A stretch of 64,000 nucleotides of DNA, taken from positions 43,308 to 107,307 of the forward strand of contig JBLIRH010000001.1 of assembly GCA_049472215.1 (NCBI GenBank), given 5' to 3'. Both the position numbers and the translations under genes were made by a program. This DNA comes from Thermoplasmatota archaeon (GTDB taxonomy: Archaea; Thermoplasmatota; Penumbrarchaeia; Penumbrarchaeales; Penumbrarchaeaceae). The first letter of the stretch is position 1. Every line of letters starts with the position of its first letter. Positions 59,090 through 64,000 of the stretch are shown here, one piece after another. Under the pieces are notes generated by a model. That model had not been told where the DNA came from and ran no database searches. It worked only from the letters and a program-made list of their open reading frames with translations.

Positions 59090-60511
59090 ATGGGACGGCA
59101 TCGTGAAATCTGGATCTGGCTTTTTTTTCTCACCTTCCTATTTGTCCTGCCACTAGCATCCAGTGCATATTCGGACGACGGTCCGGTGGTCTCCTACACG
59201 ACCGAAACGCTTCTCATACGAGGTGATAATATCTCCATGCCCGAAGGGATCCATCTTGTGGGAAATGGCACGCCCGAGGACCCCTATTACATCGATTCGG
59301 TATGGATCAACAACTCCGGAGGTCCGGGAGTGGTGATAAATGGGAGTTCCCGGCATATCATACTAAGAGGATTCATCGTTACCAACAGCATCTGGGCCCG
59401 TGCTGACGGTTTCTTCATCTCGAATTCCACGAACATCACCATCGTGGATACCATGGTCCAGGGGTGCTATATCGGCCTTCATATCGATAACTCAAGCGAT
59501 ATCCAGGTTGTGGGTTCAGACCTCTCGGGGAACCGGTACGGCATACTGATGAGAAGGAGTCCGGGGATCGCTGTGACCGACTGCACTGCAAGCGGGAACC
59601 TGATAGACGGTTTCTATGTGGAACGTTCCGAGAAATGCATTATCTCCTTCTGTCAATTGATCTCGAATTCGGCAAGGATATCCAATGATGCCGCCATCAG
59701 GGTGATCAGATCCTCCCATACTATCATCCAGGGCTGCGAGATCAGAATGAATTACGGTACTGGAATATACCTCCAGGGGCCGATGCGTTTCTGCACAATA
59801 CTGGACTGCGATATCAATTACAACAACGAGGGCATGGTCCTGCAAGCCATATCGGATATCAGGGTCCAGGGTATAGAGTTCGGGATCGACATGAAGGCCA
59901 TGGAGATGCTCGATGTGGAGAACTGCTCCTTCTCCGATTGCATGGTATATCGAAATGGAGAGGGGGTGTCGATGGAAAATGTCACAGGATGCACTTTGAA
60001 GAGGTTCGAATTCATCGGATCGGGTTACGGCGTCCGCCTTACATCTTCCCATGACAATCTGCTGGTCGAGAACACCTTCACGGGATCGAAGTCCTTCGAT
60101 ATGATGATCGGAAGTCCCGAAGATCCTTCTTTATCATCGGATGGGAACCGGATCTTTAGCAACCTGTTCCAAAAAGATGCAAAGAACCTGCCCTCGGTCC
60201 ATGATAACGGTAATGACAACCTGTGGCACCATCAGGGGCAGGGAAACACATGGTCGGGGTGGGAGTGGGACGACAAGGATGGTGACCTGATAGCCGATTC
60301 ACCATTCGAGATAAACGGCACTGCAGGGTCAAAAGATATGTTCCCCACCTCAGACCTTGCCCCGAGAATGATCGACGGGACCAATGAGGTTATCGATACG
60401 TCGGAAAATGGAGAGGAAGGTTACTACTGGTATATTTTCATCGGAGTCCTGGTGATCTTCACCCTGCTTTCCGTGATCGTCTTGTTGAAGAAGGATAGAA
60501 GCAATGGCTGA
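59090..60511 (+). CDS. Secreted parallel beta-helix repeat protein with C-terminal TM anchor
   Basis: Signal peptide, PbH1-like rungs (N.SG..G..I.G....I.......N) and a C-terminal helix IFIGVLVIFTLLSVIVLL. Confidence 0.6.
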   Translation: MGRHREIWIWLFFLTFLFVLPLASSAYSDDGPVVSYTTETLLIRGDNISMPEGIHLVGNGTPEDPYYIDSVWINNSGGPGVVINGSSRHIILRGFIVTNSIWARADGFFISNSTNITIVDTMVQGCYIGLHIDNSSDIQVVGSDLSGNRYGILMRRSPGIAVTDCTASGNLIDGFYVERSEKCIISFCQLISNSARISNDAAIRVIRSSHTIIQGCEIRMNYGTGIYLQGPMRFCTILDCDINYNNEGMVLQAISDIRVQGIEFGIDMKAMEMLDVENCSFSDCMVYRNGEGVSMENVTGCTLKRFEFIGSGYGVRLTSSHDNLLVENTFTGSKSFDMMIGSPEDPSLSSDGNRIFSNLFQKDAKNLPSVHDNGNDNLWHHQGQGNTWSGWEWDDKDGDLIADSPFEINGTAGSKDMFPTSDLAPRMIDGTNEVIDTSENGEEGYYWYIFIGVLVIFTLLSVIVLLKKDRSNG

Positions 60512-60514
60512 TCC

Positions 60515-61210
60515 TCAGATGATCTTTCCAGTGCTTGTCACCGTGATCCTTGTCCCGTCGATGTTGTAAGTCAGCTCGATGCTCTTTTGCTCGAGTGAGA
60601 ACTTGTTCACGACTATGGTATGGTAGATCCCGTCGATTATCCGGATCGACCTGAGCTCTATGATGCCGTCGAACTTGTCTATGACCGACTGCATCTCCCT
60701 GTCGTCAAGGATATCTGCCATTAGGAATACGACCACTATGCCTTTTTTCATGGCGATGTCCCTGATCATTATTATGAAATCACCGGTGTCGCTGATACCG
60801 AACTTCTCGATGAAGAAGGTCAGGGGATTGATCAGAACCCTGTTTACCTTGTTCTCATCGAGCTCCCTCATATGCTCGATGATCCTTGCCGGAACGGCGT
60901 TGATGAAGAACTTCGAATATTCCGGACATGCATCTATGAAATCCAAGCCGGAAAGGAGCTTTGGATCTACGTTCTCATGCATGAGCTCCAGTATCTCATC
61001 GCTGGAGGCCTCGACATCATAGAAAGCGACGTCTTCGCCCTTCTCCAATCCGTCAAGGACGAACCTGTAACCGAACAGGTCCTTTCTCGAGCTCGGGTCG
61101 CCCACATAGAGGATGATGGTACCTTTCCTGAAGCCACCCTTATGGAGTGATTCATCAAGTGCCGTGATACCGCTCGAGACAGTGCCTTTGTGCCCCTTGA
61201 TGGATGCCAT
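60515..61210 (-). CDS. KaiC/RecA-superfamily ATPase-like protein with degenerate Walker A
   Basis: KaiC-like N-terminus ...SSGITALDESLHKGGFRKGTIILYVGDPSSRKD. The P-loop position reads GDPSSRKD rather than GxxGxGKT. Confidence 0.5.
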   Translation of the reverse strand: MASIKGHKGTVSSGITALDESLHKGGFRKGTIILYVGDPSSRKDLFGYRFVLDGLEKGEDVAFYDVEASSDEILELMHENVDPKLLSGLDFIDACPEYSKFFINAVPARIIEHMRELDENKVNRVLINPLTFFIEKFGISDTGDFIIMIRDIAMKKGIVVVFLMADILDDREMQSVIDKFDGIIELRSIRIIDGIYHTIVVNKFSLEQKSIELTYNIDGTRITVTSTGKII

Positions 61211-61294
61211 AGCGAAGTGAACCGTTCATTTCTATTTAGCTTTACTCAGACAATTATGTTTTTATGAAATGAGTTTGTTCCTTCCACGAGTGCG

Positions 61295-62122
61295 ATGATC
61301 GACCAGGATATCCTGTTCAGGGGAGGCCTCATGCTGGCCGTTCTTTTTCTTGCCGGCATTTTCGGAGCTTCCCTGGGAGAAAGGATGGAAGTGGATCCCA
61401 AGGAACAAGCAGAGGACATCATCCTTGAGCTGGCGTCCATCGTGTCAACCCTTCACCAGATGGAGCCTGGCTCGTCATTGGAAGTGTGCTTCGGTGATCC
61501 GTCCGGGGCTGACAGACATTCACTCGTCCTCCCCTCAAGGATCGGCGGGGACCATTACGAGATACATCTCATGCCTGGTCTATTGATGATAAAGTCCCCC
61601 GCCTTTATGGCCTCTTTTGAATTGGGCGCCTGGTTCGTGCCTTCATTACCACCCCTTGTTGCAGCCCTCGGCCCACCTTCGATATACCGCGATATATCCG
61701 TCATGGCTGGCGGGTATGTCGTCAGCACTCCTGTCGATGTGGTGATCGTCTATCCGGCATTTTGCAGGGAAGGCGAGGTCTTCATCTTTCCCGAGGACCT
61801 GACGGAGCCTCCGATCCCACAGGGTGTCCAGGACCTTGTAGACCTTATTGAGGATAGCGGTGAGCTAACACCCGGTTGGAATTTGGAGGCAACGGTGGAA
61901 TGCAGTGACATCCTCGCTTATGACCATCCTAAGGTACTGATCAGAACTCTTTCTCCATCGATCGCTGCAGGGTCATGTCCGTGCCCGATACTGCTTCCGG
62001 ATGGTTTCGAGATGGGACCTGAAATCCTGTCCAGATCCAACGGCTCCATCAGGTTCTACAAGGAAGTGGTGATCGGAAAGAACGGGATCATGTCGATAGA
62101 GGTCGGTTCGGAGCTTGTCTGA
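61295..62122 (+). CDS. Hypothetical protein with N-terminal TM/signal anchor
   Basis: ORF with hydrophobic N-terminus GGLMLAVLFLAGIFGA. No motif recognised. Confidence 0.35.
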   Translation: MIDQDILFRGGLMLAVLFLAGIFGASLGERMEVDPKEQAEDIILELASIVSTLHQMEPGSSLEVCFGDPSGADRHSLVLPSRIGGDHYEIHLMPGLLMIKSPAFMASFELGAWFVPSLPPLVAALGPPSIYRDISVMAGGYVVSTPVDVVIVYPAFCREGEVFIFPEDLTEPPIPQGVQDLVDLIEDSGELTPGWNLEATVECSDILAYDHPKVLIRTLSPSIAAGSCPCPILLPDGFEMGPEILSRSNGSIRFYKEVVIGKNGIMSIEVGSELV

Positions 62123-62125
62123 TGT

Positions 62126-62995
62126 TCATATCCGTCCCTTGGCCCGCAGGTCATCGAAATACCTCGACACCTTCGGCTTCAGTTCAGGGTTTAAAAGTGC
62201 AACCTCAAGGTTCGCCTTGAGCCAGTCGGATGTGGAACCGATGTCGACCCTCTGTCCCTGGACCAGCACGCCGTAGAGCCCTTTGGTATGGATGTATCTT
62301 GCCAGGGAATCTGTAAGCTGGAGTTCACCTCCCGCTCCTTTCTTCGATTCCTTCAGCCATGCGAAGATGTGCGGGTCGAGTATGTACCTGCCGATTATGG
62401 CCATTCGCGAGGGTGCATCCTTGATCTTTGGCTTCTCCACCACGTTCTTCAGTTTGAAAAGACCAGGCCCTATCTCCTCGCCGGGATCGACTATGCCGTA
62501 CCTTTCCACATGGTCCTCCGGGACGACCTCCAGGCCTATGACCGGAGCTCTTACCTTCAGATGGGCTTCCCATAGCTGCTTTATAGCAGGAACCTCCGAC
62601 ACGATTATATCGTCCCCGAGGAGTACCGAGAAGGGTTCGTTGTTTACGTAATTCTCCGCACAGAGAACCGCATCTCCGAGACCTTTCTGCTCTTTCTGCC
62701 GGATGTAGAACAGGTCTGCCAACTGTTCGATCCCTTCGAGTTCTGCAAGTGCCTTGGTAGCACCCTTTTTCTTCAGGGCAAGCTCGAGTTCGATGTTGCG
62801 ATCGAAATGGTCCTCCATAACCTTCTTATTGCGGTTGGTTATGATGAGTATCTGGTCGAATCCTGAGAAAGAAGCCTCTTCGACAACATACTGGATGGCC
62901 GGCTTGTTGAGAATGGGCAACATTTCCTTCGGTTGGACCTTGGTCATCGGAAGGAGCCTGGTTCCGAGACCTGCTGCTGGGATGACCGCTTTCAT
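62126..62995 (-). CDS. galU: UTP-glucose-1-phosphate uridylyltransferase
   Basis: MKAVIPAAGLGTRLLPMTKVQPKEMLPI is the canonical GalU start. Confidence 0.85.
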   Translation of the reverse strand: MKAVIPAAGLGTRLLPMTKVQPKEMLPILNKPAIQYVVEEASFSGFDQILIITNRNKKVMEDHFDRNIELELALKKKGATKALAELEGIEQLADLFYIRQKEQKGLGDAVLCAENYVNNEPFSVLLGDDIIVSEVPAIKQLWEAHLKVRAPVIGLEVVPEDHVERYGIVDPGEEIGPGLFKLKNVVEKPKIKDAPSRMAIIGRYILDPHIFAWLKESKKGAGGELQLTDSLARYIHTKGLYGVLVQGQRVDIGSTSDWLKANLEVALLNPELKPKVSRYFDDLRAKGRI

Positions 62996-63053
62996 CGTAT
63001 TGCACCTTTCCCTTCCAATGAGTTCGATATATTAACATTTTCTTTCCCATGGA

Positions 63054-64000
63054 TCACATGAGATGAGCGGACCCGCCAGAGTGCCCGATCCTCTTCATGA
63101 AATGTCCTGCCCACCTCTCCTCCATCAGGGCAAGTATGACAAAGGAACCGTTCTCGAACACCTCGCTTTTTATGATGGCATGCTTCCTCAAGGATGCTAC
63201 GATCTCATCACTCCCTCTGGAGACCGGGATCCTCAGGGTCACTTCCATAAGTGGGGGTAGAAGCTCCTCTACGACCTCGATCAGATCATCGATACCCGTT
63301 CCGTTCAGAGCAGAGATCGGTACCGTTCGCTTCACCATCCTCCTTTGCGGCCCCGTCAACCGCTCATCGATCAACGAGGACCATTCCTCTTCGGACAAGG
63401 GATCCAAGAGAAGGTCGATCTTGTTGACAACCAGGACTATATTCCCAACTGTCCCCCCCTTTCTGAGTATGTCCAGGGAATCCCCTAGCTTTCCAGTGAT
63501 CGTTTCGACAGGTTCCGAGCCGTCTATCACGAGCAGAACGACATCCGCTTCAAATATCTCCTCCAGGGTGGACATGAAACCTTCTATAAGCCAGGGAGGT
63601 AGGTCTCGAATGAATCCAACGGTGTCCGAAACCAGGCACCCCCTCTTCCCCTTCATACGCCTGGTAGTTGTGGCGATAGTCGTGAACATTTCTCCACCGA
63701 CCTCCGATGTCCGATCATCATTGGACGGGCCGATGATCCCGTTGAAAAGTGAGGATTTTCCTGCGTTCGTGTATCCGGCGATCGATACGAGGTGCGCTCC
63801 CTTTCTCCTTCTCAATGCCCTTTTATGCCCCCTTCGGGTTCTCTCCCCTTCCAGCTTCCGCTTCAGGGAGGCCATCCTCCTCTTGATCATATCATGGTAG
63901 TAGTTGACAGCGTATTCACCGCCCGCCATGAAACCCGGTCTCTCGGTAAGGGTTCCCTGATGGATGTATTCCTTCAGGACGGGAAGCTGATACCTCAGGT
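63054..64000 (-). CDS. hflX: GTPase HflX (partial; N-terminal part beyond window end)
   Basis: G1 AGYTNAGKSSLFN, a DTVGFI switch, NKID G4, and an HflX-type C-terminal extension. Confidence 0.8.
   Translation of the reverse strand, partial: LRYQLPVLKEYIHQGTLTERPGFMAGGEYAVNYYHDMIKRRMASLKRKLEGERTRRGHKRALRRRKGAHLVSIAGYTNAGKSSLFNGIIGPSNDDRTSEVGGEMFTTIATTTRRMKGKRGCLVSDTVGFIRDLPPWLIEGFMSTLEEIFEADVVLLVIDGSEPVETITGKLGDSLDILRKGGTVGNIVLVVNKIDLLLDPLSEEEWSSLIDERLTGPQRRMVKRTVPISALNGTGIDDLIEVVEELLPPLMEVTLRIPVSRGSDEIVASLRKHAIIKSEVFENGSFVILALMEERWAGHFMKRIGHSGGSAHLM

Overview
The window reads as a chromosomal segment from an uncultivated archaeon, most likely euryarchaeal. Archaeal markers present are topoisomerase VI A/B, Hef helicase-nuclease, diphthine synthase, GGGP synthase and a Sec11-type signal peptidase. 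GC is moderately high with a few sharply AT-rich patches. I support about 50 protein-coding genes and found no rRNA, no convincing tRNA and no CRISPR array. Content by theme: (1) heavy investment in the cell envelope, with four giant secreted or membrane-anchored proteins (one with cadherin-like and thrombospondin-3 repeats, three right-handed beta-helix proteins), lipoproteins, and sugar-nucleotide enzymes including GalU; (2) a tandem pair of MacB/FtsX-type ABC exporters transcribed divergently from a receiver-fused PEP-synthase-N-domain protein; (3) DNA repair and stress genes (Ogt, an AlkD-like glycosylase, Hef, MsrB); (4) a nitrogen and glutamate neighbourhood with two GDH paralogues, an archaeal-type GOGAT FMN subunit, a NifX-like protein, an Lrp regulator and an unusual GNAT-deacetylase fusion; (5) an accessory-looking stretch (about 35.0-46.7 kb) bounded by AT-rich DNA and holding the best candidate for an undescribed system. 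That candidate is a translationally coupled four-gene operon: a membrane tandem winged-helix/zinc-ribbon protein, two small pilin-like N-terminally anchored proteins, and a 1545-aa orphan giant protein. It is followed directly by VapBC, a bacterial-type RsgA, a lysine/proline-rich DNA-binding protein, and a HEPN/MNT cassette that shows the footprint of integration into the 3' end of the diphthine synthase gene (diverged direct repeats that both encode the DphB C-terminus). All functional calls rest on motifs I recognised by eye in the supplied translations; no database search was run.
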